Assembly (NCBI RefSeq): GCF_000328665.1
Contig: NC_019977.1
Coordinates: 1,976,011 to 2,040,010 of the forward strand
Source: Methanomethylovorans hollandica DSM 15978
Lineage (GTDB): Archaea > Halobacteriota > Methanosarcinia > Methanosarcinales > Methanosarcinaceae
Reading direction: 5' to 3'
Length of the DNA stretch: 64,000 bases
Made by a program: the position numbers and the translations under genes. The notes beneath the pieces are model-generated. The model was not told the origin of the DNA. It saw only the letters and a program-made list of their open reading frames with translations, and searched no databases. Shown one piece after another: positions 10,537 to 18,858 of the stretch (within the stretch, counting starts at the first letter, position 1; each line of letters begins with the position of its first letter).

Positions 10537-11331
10537 TTAGAGTGCCGACAAGATCTCAGCCAGACTTGCGGCCTTGTTCTTGATGACATTTCCTGCATTT
10601 AAGATCAGTTCCTTTGTGTTATAAGAGCCATCAGATTCCATCGTGAAGATGAAAGAATGTTCATCCGTTTTGACGTCTATGGCATCAATATCACAAACTC
10701 CTTCACATAGCCTGCAAAGAGTGCATTTAAGCATATCCTCTTGAGATATCTCAGCACTCTCAGTGCCCATCTTGATTATATCAACAGGACACTCAGTTAC
10801 ACATGCACCACATAGATCACAACCACTGAACTCGACCTTTGGCATGTTCTTGTAACCGCATGCTACACCTGCCTGCCATCGGGAATGCTTATTACCATAA
10901 CCCATGTGAGCTATGGCTTCAAGCACGATCTTCTGTCCTTCCCGGAGATCTGCTATCGGAATGTTTGGATCAGCAGGCTGTACCTTGTCATCAGAAGACA
11001 CAAGGTCCTGGGAATAGACTATTTTTGGACCCTCTGCACTGAGAGTAAGGGAAACTTGGCATGCCGGACAAAAATCACCACAGCTACATTCTTCTTTTGG
11101 AACAAAATCCTCCATATTTGAAGTCAGCGGGATCAGTGCCATACGCAAGCCAAGCTGCTCATCATACAGGACCGAGGTATTATTATAGATGTTAACCTCG
11201 GTAATAGCTATCGTAGGAACATCTGCCAGAGAAGCCCTACGAATGCCGTTTGCAAATGCAGCACTGGTGTTAGACAATACAAACTTTGCAGACCTATCGG
11301 AAAGCTCCAGTATGTCTACTTCCATCGTCAT
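10537..11331 (-). CDS. rpoD: DNA-directed RNA polymerase subunit D (Rpo3) with ferredoxin-like Fe-S domain
   Basis: FANGIRRA, NTSVLYDE, CDLCGACVTECP and CTLCRLCEGVC; follows rps11. Confidence 0.96.
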   Translation of the reverse strand: MTMEVDILELSDRSAKFVLSNTSAAFANGIRRASLADVPTIAITEVNIYNNTSVLYDEQLGLRMALIPLTSNMEDFVPKEECSCGDFCPACQVSLTLSAEGPKIVYSQDLVSSDDKVQPADPNIPIADLREGQKIVLEAIAHMGYGNKHSRWQAGVACGYKNMPKVEFSGCDLCGACVTECPVDIIKMGTESAEISQEDMLKCTLCRLCEGVCDIDAIDVKTDEHSFIFTMESDGSYNTKELILNAGNVIKNKAASLAEILSAL

Positions 11332-11361
11332 ATGCTTGTTTCCTTCATCTTTAGGGAGATA

Positions 11362-11742
11362 TCAGACACGTCTGCCGCCTTTTGGACGAGTGCCGTCGTG
11401 CGGTACAGGCGTTACATCTTCAATTCTTCCAATTTTAATGCCTGCTCTGGCAAATGCCCTGATAGCAGCTTGAGCACCGGGGCCCGGACTTCTCTGCTTG
11501 TTTCCGCCAGGAGCACGCACTTTTATGTGCACGCCTTCAATATTCTTATCTTTGAGTGTATCAGCTAACTGGCTTGCCATCTGCATTGCAGTGTAAGGAG
11601 AACTTTCATCGCGTGCTGCCTTTACAACCATTCCACCTGAAGATTTTGCAATTGTTTCGGCACCAGTCATATCAGTAATAGTGATGATAGTATTATTGAA
11701 TGAGCTCTTGATATGAGCAACACCCCATGTTCCATTTGCCAT
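11362..11742 (-). CDS. rps11: 30S ribosomal protein S11
   Basis: [33 protein letters not shown]. Confidence 0.98.
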   Translation of the reverse strand: MANGTWGVAHIKSSFNNTIITITDMTGAETIAKSSGGMVVKAARDESSPYTAMQMASQLADTLKDKNIEGVHIKVRAPGGNKQRSPGPGAQAAIRAFARAGIKIGRIEDVTPVPHDGTRPKGGRRV

Positions 11743-11754
11743 ATTTACACCTCC

Positions 11755-12315
11755 TTAATCATGCCCTGCTATGGATTTAGCTACCTGGGCAGGTCTTTCC
11801 GGGTGGGTTTCATCAAGCAGAGGAGAATTGCCATAGTAATCGATAAGCATTTCCTGTTCCTTAGTGACAAGCATTCCAGGTACTGTAACTTTCTGACCGC
11901 TGATAGCAATGTGACCATGAGTGATGAACTGTCGTGCCTGCTTTGGAGTGCGAGCAAGCCCTAGCCTGTGGACCTGAGTTTGCAATCTGCGCTCTAGAAG
12001 AGCACTGGTTTGCAGTCCAAGAATATCATCGATATTTGAATCAGATTTTAACATAGAATAGCTGGTAAGCCTTCCGAGGATCTGTTCAGCTTCAAGCTTA
12101 AAATGACCAGTCATCTGTTCAGTTTCTCCTGACTCTGCCAGGAGCCTGCGGGCATCTGCCCTGAATCGTCTGAGATCACTCTGTGCTTTCCATAATTCCT
12201 TTTTGTTACGCAGACCATAGGTCTTTATCAGCTCGACCTCTTCAGCCATCCTGGCAGCCTGCCATGGATGCTTAGGCGTATCGTAACTTTTTCTTTTCTT
12301 TCCTGGATATCCCAT
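11755..12315 (-). CDS. rps4: 30S ribosomal protein S4
   Basis: [28 protein letters not shown]. Confidence 0.98.
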   Translation of the reverse strand: MGYPGKKRKSYDTPKHPWQAARMAEEVELIKTYGLRNKKELWKAQSDLRRFRADARRLLAESGETEQMTGHFKLEAEQILGRLTSYSMLKSDSNIDDILGLQTSALLERRLQTQVHRLGLARTPKQARQFITHGHIAISGQKVTVPGMLVTKEQEMLIDYYGNSPLLDETHPERPAQVAKSIAGHD

Positions 12316-12327
12316 AAGATCACCCTA

Positions 12328-12774
12328 TTACTTTTTCTTGCTCACACCAATGGTGCTACCACGCCTGCCGGTGGATTTTGTCCTCTGCCCTCTAACTTTA
12401 AGACCACGTTCGTGTCTAATACCACGATAACATCTGATCTTTTTAAGAGTGTTCAGGTCTTCCCTCAATGTAAGCAGGATATCCTGTCCAAGAAGATGCT
12501 TGTCCTCACCAGTCACCAGGTCCCTCTGCCTATTGAGCATCCATATAGGCATAGATTGCTCAAAACCACTAATAGCCTGATCAAGCTTTGCAATATCTTC
12601 ATCTTGCAGGTAACCTATTATTGCTAATGGGTCTATACCAGTACTTTCCACAAGGATCCTTGAGGTCCTTCTTCCAATACCAGGAATACCGGTCAGAGCA
12701 TACTCAACAGGCATTCCGCCTTTGAGGTCAGTATTCATGATACGGACAAGATGTCTTATTTCTTCATCTGCCAT
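12328..12774 (-). CDS. rps13: 30S ribosomal protein S13
   Basis: [29 protein letters not shown]. Confidence 0.98.
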   Translation of the reverse strand: MADEEIRHLVRIMNTDLKGGMPVEYALTGIPGIGRRTSRILVESTGIDPLAIIGYLQDEDIAKLDQAISGFEQSMPIWMLNRQRDLVTGEDKHLLGQDILLTLREDLNTLKKIRCYRGIRHERGLKVRGQRTKSTGRRGSTIGVSKKK

Positions 12775-12784
12775 AATTTATGTC

Positions 12785-12866
12785 CTCCTTAGGGATACGT
12801 TGTATCCTGTAGCCCCGGCATATTTGCCGGCACTCCCCAAAAGGGGTGGACTGCATATCCTAACGG
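12785..12866 (-). promoter_or_regulatory. Structured 5' leader of the rps13 operon (candidate ribosomal-protein leader)
   Basis: Several nested helices whose closing stem overlaps the AGGAGG Shine-Dalgarno; TATA-like TTATATAT at ~12901-12908. Confidence 0.55.
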
Positions 12867-12995
12867 AATATAAACTGATGGCGCAGATAACACTTGTATC
12901 ATATATAATCCTATTGCTGACCATGCCTAGGTGAAACCGCTTTCATTAGCCACATAACCAATAGATTAAATTGACAAAATAGATATTATCTTCGT

Positions 12996-13841
12996 ATGTG
13001 CCAAGAAATGCCTTTTGCGAACGATGAGCTGGATTTTACATATCCTTTACCTTCATACTTTGAACACTACCCTTCCTGTTACATATATGTATATAATGGA
13101 AAAGTAGTTGCAAACTCCGCCGATCTATCGGATTCTCCAAAGATCCTGCATGACTGCAGTCAAGAGATGAGAACAAAAAAGGTCGTACAATATGCAGGAG
13201 CACTTGGAGAGAAACTATGTTATGCCATAGGACTTGAATCAGAAGATAGAGTCCCTGATGGAATGCAATTATTGTTCTTAAGAGACCTTATAGGACAAAT
13301 CGATGAAAAAATACTAGCTGTTGCCGGAAGAGCAGTTCAGCTCATAGAATTTGACCTTACCAGCAGAATTTGTGGAAGATGTGGTACGCTTACCGAAACT
13401 CTTGAAGATAGAGGTAAAAAGTGTCCCAGATGTGACCTTCTCATATATCCCCGCATATCCCCTGCAATAATCGTACTTGTTATGAAAGAGGATGAAGTGC
13501 TTCTTGCCCGCTCATCCCATTTCAGGCCTGATATGTACAGTATCATTGCAGGCTTTGTAGAACCTGGAGAAACGCTTGAGCATGCTGTAAAAAGAGAAGT
13601 TATGGAAGAAGTCGGATTAAAGGTAAAAAACATAAGGTACTTCGCAAGCCAACCCTGGCCATTCCCCAATTCTCTGATGATTGGCTTTATTGCAGACTAT
13701 GAAGAAGGGGAAATAAAAGTTGATGGTGTGGAAATAATTGATGCTGGATGGTTCAGGAGAGATGAACTGCCCAATGTCCCAGGAAAGGTCAGTATATCGG
13801 GACATCTGATAGATTGGTTTGCGAGTATGAAAGAAAAATAG
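12996..13841 (+). CDS. nudC: NAD(+) diphosphatase (NudC, Nudix)
   Basis: CGRCG/CPRC zinc ribbon, Nudix box AGFVEPGETLEHAVKREVMEEVG, SQPWPFPNSLM. Confidence 0.95.
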   Translation: MCQEMPFANDELDFTYPLPSYFEHYPSCYIYVYNGKVVANSADLSDSPKILHDCSQEMRTKKVVQYAGALGEKLCYAIGLESEDRVPDGMQLLFLRDLIGQIDEKILAVAGRAVQLIEFDLTSRICGRCGTLTETLEDRGKKCPRCDLLIYPRISPAIIVLVMKEDEVLLARSSHFRPDMYSIIAGFVEPGETLEHAVKREVMEEVGLKVKNIRYFASQPWPFPNSLMIGFIADYEEGEIKVDGVEIIDAGWFRRDELPNVPGKVSISGHLIDWFASMKEK

Positions 13842-14281
13842 ATCAATGATCTTCCAGATCAAAAGTAGAATAAATCCATAATTCCGTCAATGAGGATACA
13901 TACCATCAAATAAGCAACAGTGAGCACTAAAAACATTTTTAATTCCATATGTGTTTCAAAGCCCAGTGAAATCACCGGAAAAAGGAAAGCTACTGATATG
14001 ATATATAACTTTTCATAAATGGAACTTGTTAGAGAAATTGAAATCCGTGTATAACAGAAAGAAAATATATACGCTGATTATATACAGGCGCAACATTGAG
14101 ACTTCGGATTTTATGTTGATAAAGTTCTTGAAATGTCAAAATAAATATTTCAAAACCCAATGTTATACGGAAGATCATGCACTACCTAAATAAGTGATGT
14201 TCAAAAAAGAATTTATAAGAACGCCGGGGGAAAGCCATAGGCACTGTACTATGCGGTTTATTACGCTCGCTTCGCTCTTTT

Positions 14282-14551
14282 TTGAGAACATTTCCTTTTG
14301 TTGACAGAGAGGAATACAAGAAAATCTTCAGCCAATACTTCGTAGACTCCGGCATCATCCGCCCCTTCCGAGAACGTAACAAGAACCTAAAACCCATAAA
14401 ACAACACCAATACCCCACCGAAACCCCCCTCATAGTCGAAACCTACCGGGAAGCCAACCGGCTCTCCAAAGAACTAAAAGAACTCGGCATCTCCCGCAAG
14501 ATTACCGTGATCTCAAATGGGAATACGATGAGGTATAGCCGTGTACTCTAA
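14282..14551 (+). CDS. Hypothetical protein or gene fragment within the integrated element
   Basis: 89-aa ORF with TTG start and strongly C-ending codons, unlike neighbours; no recognisable motif. Confidence 0.35.
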   Translation: MRTFPFVDREEYKKIFSQYFVDSGIIRPFRERNKNLKPIKQHQYPTETPLIVETYREANRLSKELKELGISRKITVISNGNTMRYSRVL

Positions 14552-14636
14552 TAGCGATAGCTATGGAAAAAAGAACATCTGAAAGCTAGAGAACTATACA
14601 AGCTTATATATAGATTTAAAATAAATTCTTATTTTA

Positions 14637-15914
14637 ATGTCTGTCTATTCAAAAGAAGAATCAACGGGCGAATCCATAGAATGTTTTTATTTATTTATGG
14701 ATACTAATTTATTTTATAGTGAAACGGTTACTTATGACATATTTGAACTAAAATTAATGACAGATCTTTTGGCAATAAGAGACAACTTTAATAAAATATT
14801 CGAAGGATATAGGACGATAAAAATCCTTATTCCTAAACTGGTTCTTGATGAAATATATTCGATTAAAACGAATATAATTCGATATGAATTTAACAATTTT
14901 ATTAAAAAAATTAAAAAAATAAATGAAAAAACACTTATAGCTTCATTAAATCACATTTATAACAATATTTATTCTAATCTTGAATCTTCAGGGAATTCTT
15001 TTATTTCACGTAATAAAATTGAGATTATACCTTATTGTGACAATACTTATTTTCCCACCATTATTGAAAAATCAATAACCAAAAGCTTGCCATTTAAGCC
15101 ATATTTTGATCAAAGAAAGAATCGTGATGTTGGTGATAATGGCTTTAAAGATACGGTAATATGGTACTCAATAATGGATTATGTGAAGAAAAAATGCACA
15201 GAGAATACCAACCATATTTTTTTTCTAACGGATAATGAAAAAGATTTCAAGTCGGATTCGACTTTATTAGAATTTAGGCAAAATACAGGAATAGATATTG
15301 AAATAATAAAATTTAAAAATGAGAACCCAAATGTTAACGATAGTGAATTCAGTCCTTTTTTAAATGTAGTTCTAGACAAATCACACATCCCAATTCCAGT
15401 AAAGTTAGAGCATGTTGATGTTTCTTATTTGATTATTAATAATAAGGTTGACATCACTTCAATTATTGTCGAGCCACTCCACATTAACATTAAGTCTGCA
15501 GTCAACTTTGAACAAAAGACAGATTCATGGGAAGAAAACAAGCCTCTATTAAATGAGAAAATAGAGAATACATTATCTAATTTCCGATTTGACGTTTCTG
15601 ATTTGAAATTTAAGTATCAAATTCCAGAAATAGTACATGTTGATTTTGATTTAGTTCAGGAAATACGTGATTTAGTTATCACTAGTATATCCCTTATTTA
15701 TAATGATGGTTTTCGAAAAATGATATTCTGTTCGATTATAGTAGATCACAACGAAGAAGAGTATTATGGATCCCGTGAGTTTGAAGAAGCTAACGACCCA
15801 TTTGTAAATAAAGCTTTGGACTTAGTCAGCGCTTATTTGGAGGACAATGGATATGGCAGCGCTCCAAGAGAATTAATTAATTTAGAATACTTTGACGCTA
15901 GTGAGATTTTCTGA
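14637..15914 (+). CDS. PIN-like domain protein (DUF4935/PIN_12-type putative ribonuclease) with unknown C-terminal domain
   Basis: Acidic PIN motifs FMDTN, VLDEI, GFKDTVIW, LTDNEKDF; markedly AT-rich. Confidence 0.75.
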   Translation: MSVYSKEESTGESIECFYLFMDTNLFYSETVTYDIFELKLMTDLLAIRDNFNKIFEGYRTIKILIPKLVLDEIYSIKTNIIRYEFNNFIKKIKKINEKTLIASLNHIYNNIYSNLESSGNSFISRNKIEIIPYCDNTYFPTIIEKSITKSLPFKPYFDQRKNRDVGDNGFKDTVIWYSIMDYVKKKCTENTNHIFFLTDNEKDFKSDSTLLEFRQNTGIDIEIIKFKNENPNVNDSEFSPFLNVVLDKSHIPIPVKLEHVDVSYLIINNKVDITSIIVEPLHINIKSAVNFEQKTDSWEENKPLLNEKIENTLSNFRFDVSDLKFKYQIPEIVHVDFDLVQEIRDLVITSISLIYNDGFRKMIFCSIIVDHNEEEYYGSREFEEANDPFVNKALDLVSAYLEDNGYGSAPRELINLEYFDASEIF

Positions 15915-16209
15915 AGTACCTTACTATTTCTTACTATTTATATCCACAATTCCACCAAAAAATACAGCTCCAACAACTTAGTCTAAAATCTTCTTTTTAT
16001 TTGGACACATATTTATTTCTATTTTATGCCATTATTCCACATTTAACTTACGAGCTTGTATATTCAGAAGAGTATTAGTTCAATTTTCCACTGGAACATT
16101 TAATATGATTTATTCTACGTGTTCTAAACATTAGTATCCAACTTTTACTTGCACAGTCTCTATTCAATCTGTTTCACAAAGAATTCTCTAAATATCAATT
16201 TTCCCCACC

Positions 16210-16812
16210 TACCCAGCGTTTGCGCCGCTTCGCGGCAATAGTGGCTTTTTTCATCCGTTCCCTTAGGTACACGATTAAGGAGTCTGTGCCACAGCTGGCA
16301 TGCGTCCCGGTTTCACCCGGATATTCCAGGCCCAAAAACTCCACTAAAAATATACCTTTCCTAACCCATCACAAGTCACAGGGACGTATTGCGAAGCAAT
16401 ACGTCATTTCCCGCCAGGGAAATTATTCCTCCGCCCACCCTCGGAGGTCCCGGTAATTAGCAATATCGGGCCGAAGGGAGCAGACAAACCCCTGCTCCCC
16501 GAGGGCCTGTATGCGTGGGGTCGTAAGACCCCACGTTATGTTGTCTCATCAGTAGCACTCACTCTATCCCGGCACGGATGCGCTCGAAAGAGCGTGTCGG
16601 TGCCCCAACCACGATAGAGGGCCTGAGGTTCGAGCATTGTGAGGCAAAACTGAGCAATCGCAGGACTCCAGACCGACAAATAACCAGCAGGACAAAACAA
16701 CAATTGGGGTTCAAACCAGAATCGAGCATGGGCGCGACTTCAGGAGCGCAGATGCTCCAGCCGCCTGGTAAAGGGCTGTTGTTCTAAGCATAGCGCAGAA
16801 GGGCAGCCCGTC
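16210..16812. other. Hairpin-dense GC-rich non-coding tract (candidate large ncRNA or single-stranded-DNA origin)
   Basis: About ten stems including GACGTATTGC-GAA-GCAATACGTC, ATTTCCC-GCCA-GGGAAAT, CGTGGGGTC-GTAA-GACCCCACG, GATGCGCTC-GAAA-GAGCGTGTC; no convincing ORF. Confidence 0.55.
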
Positions 16813-16837
16813 TAACTAAAGCAAATTAAAACTCACT

Positions 16838-17989
16838 CTAAATGATATTCGTACCTCTGCTTATTATGTCAACGTAGTCCTTGAAAAGATACATCTTATA
16901 TCTTTTTTTACCAGTGACCTCGATTAGAATACCTATTTCCTCAAATCTGGTCACAAGGCTATTTGCAGTGACGGAAGATATGTTTAACCTATCAGCAATG
17001 CCCTTGCTGCTGATAAGGGGACTGTCGAACAACAGGTTTATCAATCGGATAGCATGGATGCTTGATATTGAGTTCTCATAGACCTTATTAGTCATATCGT
17101 CCTTTAATTTTATGATTTCCCGTACAGTGTTAACTGCTTCCTGGGAAATTGCACTAACACCTTTGAGGAAGAACTTGAGCCAGTCTTCCCATGCGCCTTC
17201 CGTGCGTACTTTCATAAGCAGGTCATAATATTCGCTTCTATTGTTCTTCAGGTAAAAGCTCAGGTACAGAAGTGGCTTTGACAGTATTCCTTTCCAGATA
17301 AGATAGAAAGTGATGATAAGCCGTCCGATCCTGCCATTGCCATCCAGGAAGGGATGAATGGTTTCAAACTGGGCATGTATCATTCCGATCTTGATAAGCG
17401 GCGGAATGTTGTTCTTTTCGTTCAGGAACCTTTCCAATGCATGCATTGCAGGTACGGTTATAGCCGGTGCAGGTGGTACAAAGATCGCTTCTCTTATTGA
17501 AGCGCCTGGGGTGCCTATATAGTTCTGAAGAACTTTGAAATTCCCGGAATTCAGCCCATTACCTCTTGTTCCCTCCAGCAGGATCCTATGGATCTCTTTT
17601 ATGAGGTCCAGGGACATTGAGGTTTCTACCAGTCTTTCAATTCCATAATTGAGGGCTTTGATGTAATTTACAACTTCCTTTATTTCACTGATATCTTCTT
17701 TTGGTATAAGGTCCGCTTCAAATTCCAGAACTCCTTCAAGGGATGCCTGTGTGCCTTCGATCTGCGAACTCAGAAGAGCTTCTTTCTTAACGTACATTGC
17801 AATGAAAAGGTCCGGGTTTGGTAGAACAGAAGTGATCCCATCCAGCCTGGCAAGATTCCTGTCGGCCTTTGAAAGCAACAAATGTAGTTCATCATCATAT
17901 TGGATAGGAGGCTCTGGTGGCAACTCTTTAGGTATGAAGGATCTGTAACCTTCAGGCGTTAATACAAATTTCCCGGCTCTTTCATTCAT
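16838..17989 (-). CDS. Fic family protein (class II, N-terminal inhibitory motif, C-terminal HTH)
   Basis: HPFLDGNGRIGR catalytic motif; SSQIEG inhibitory motif; C-terminal IADRLNISSVTANSLV HTH. Confidence 0.93.
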   Translation of the reverse strand: MNERAGKFVLTPEGYRSFIPKELPPEPPIQYDDELHLLLSKADRNLARLDGITSVLPNPDLFIAMYVKKEALLSSQIEGTQASLEGVLEFEADLIPKEDISEIKEVVNYIKALNYGIERLVETSMSLDLIKEIHRILLEGTRGNGLNSGNFKVLQNYIGTPGASIREAIFVPPAPAITVPAMHALERFLNEKNNIPPLIKIGMIHAQFETIHPFLDGNGRIGRLIITFYLIWKGILSKPLLYLSFYLKNNRSEYYDLLMKVRTEGAWEDWLKFFLKGVSAISQEAVNTVREIIKLKDDMTNKVYENSISSIHAIRLINLLFDSPLISSKGIADRLNISSVTANSLVTRFEEIGILIEVTGKKRYKMYLFKDYVDIISRGTNII

Positions 17990-18130
17990 AAGACAACGAT
18001 CCTTTACTAAGAGTTCACTTACATAGTTTAAGTTAAGCGTCCTTTACTTAGAATCTAGTTTGCATTTTAAGTTAAGGTTTCTTTATTTAAAATAGTATCT
18101 TCAAATCTAAGTAAAGATCCATTTGCTTAG
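17988..18130. promoter_or_regulatory. Four phased 24-bp palindromes (YTAAGTWAAG-N4-CTTTACTTAR) upstream of fic
   Basis: Copies at 17988-18011, 18028-18051, 18067-18090, 18107-18130; spacing 40/39/40 bp. Confidence 0.65.
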
Positions 18131-18135
18131 AATAA

Positions 18136-18258
18136 CTACATTAAAATTGATCTCTTGCCATCCAGGCATGGATGCCATCTTAAGCATTTAAGCACTACAA
18201 AATCAAGTTTCACCAGATTGATAGCCTTCTGGCCGGAAATCAATGGAAGTTCAGGCAC
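18136..18258 (-). pseudogene. HicA-like toxin remnant
   Basis: GTG start gives MPELPLISGQKAINLVKLDFVVLK, resembling HicA N-termini (MPKLPVISGKEAIKALEKLGF), but no GSH catalytic motif; overlaps the stop of an upstream ORF fragment (GTGCCTGA). Confidence 0.5.
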
Positions 18259-18374
18259 TTGCAACATCAACCTTTGCGATCTCGCCAAGTACCCTGGCCT
18301 GCTCCTCGGTAACTTCAAGGACCAGCTCCATCTTCGCCAGGGTGCAGCCATCACCAATTTCGAGCAGCGACTTG

Positions 18375-18693
18375 CATCTCCTCAGGTAACTTGAAATCAT
18401 TCTTGTGCTTGAACTTTAGCCACTCCGTACACTCCGGATCTTTCCCTCTGTTTATCCACCTGAAGAAACGCTTGAGAGTAATATGATAATCATACTTTGT
18501 TGCGTCATTGTGATTGGATTTAAGGATAATCTCAATAACAAATTCAATATCATCCCTGGTGGCTTCCTTGAATTCAAAATTAAAATTCTCAGCAATAAGA
18601 TTCAGCTGATTAAGTTAGATTCACTATACACTTAGCAGTACGTATTCTATCTTCCTGAGAAACAAATTTCTTATCAATGTTGTAAAGTGTCAT
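18375..18693 (-). pseudogene. Tyrosine recombinase/integrase N-terminal remnant
   Basis: MTLYNIDKKF..., then in another frame FKEATRDDIE...TKYDYHITLKRFFRWIN...EWLKF...KLPEEM, typical of the core-binding domain of tRNA-adjacent archaeal integrases; catalytic domain absent. Confidence 0.7.
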
Positions 18694-18774
18694 GCCCTTT
18701 CACTTCGCTTACAGTTTTAAAATATTCTATCCAAGCGATGTGAAAGTAAATTGAGCATTGAACTTAGAATATAA

Positions 18775-18858
18775 CGCCGAGGGGGAGATTCGAACTCCCG
18801 AGGGGCTGAAGCCCCACAAGCTTTCCAGGCTTGCGCCCTACCACTAGACTACCTCGGC
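18775..18858 (-). tRNA. tRNA-Ser(GGA)
   Basis: Reverse complement GCCGAGGTAGTCTAGTGGTAGGGCGCAAGCCTGGAAAGCTTGTGGGGCTTCAGCCCCTCGGGAGTTCGAATCTCCCCCTCGGCG; anticodon arm CAAGC-CTGGAAA-GCTTG, long variable arm. Confidence 0.96.

Larger units (their letters stand above)
14220..18774. mobile_element. Decayed integrated element at the 3' end of tRNA-Ser(GGA); boundaries approximate
   Basis: Integrase N-terminal remnant next to the tRNA 3' end, TA-type cargo (HicA remnant, Fic, PIN), abrupt composition shifts, weak att-like match at ~14220. Confidence 0.6.

Noticed and set aside
10537..11331. Fe-S domain in RpoD
   Set aside because: Already characterised in Methanosarcina
13859..14040. Minus-strand hydrophobic frame (IYEKLYIISVAFLFP...ILIDGIMDLFYF*)
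   Set aside because: No canonical start for the full frame; may be AT-rich chance sequence
16535..16555. CTGATGAG on the minus strand, suggestive of a hammerhead ribozyme core
   Set aside because: No stem II followed by GAAA and no compatible stems I/III
16220..16787. ORFs 16220-16456 and 16578-16787
   Set aside because: No SD or recognisable motif; better explained as chance ORFs in a GC-rich structured tract
17988..18130. Possible mini-CRISPR array
   Set aside because: Repeats are degenerate, spacers only 15-16 bp, no cas genes
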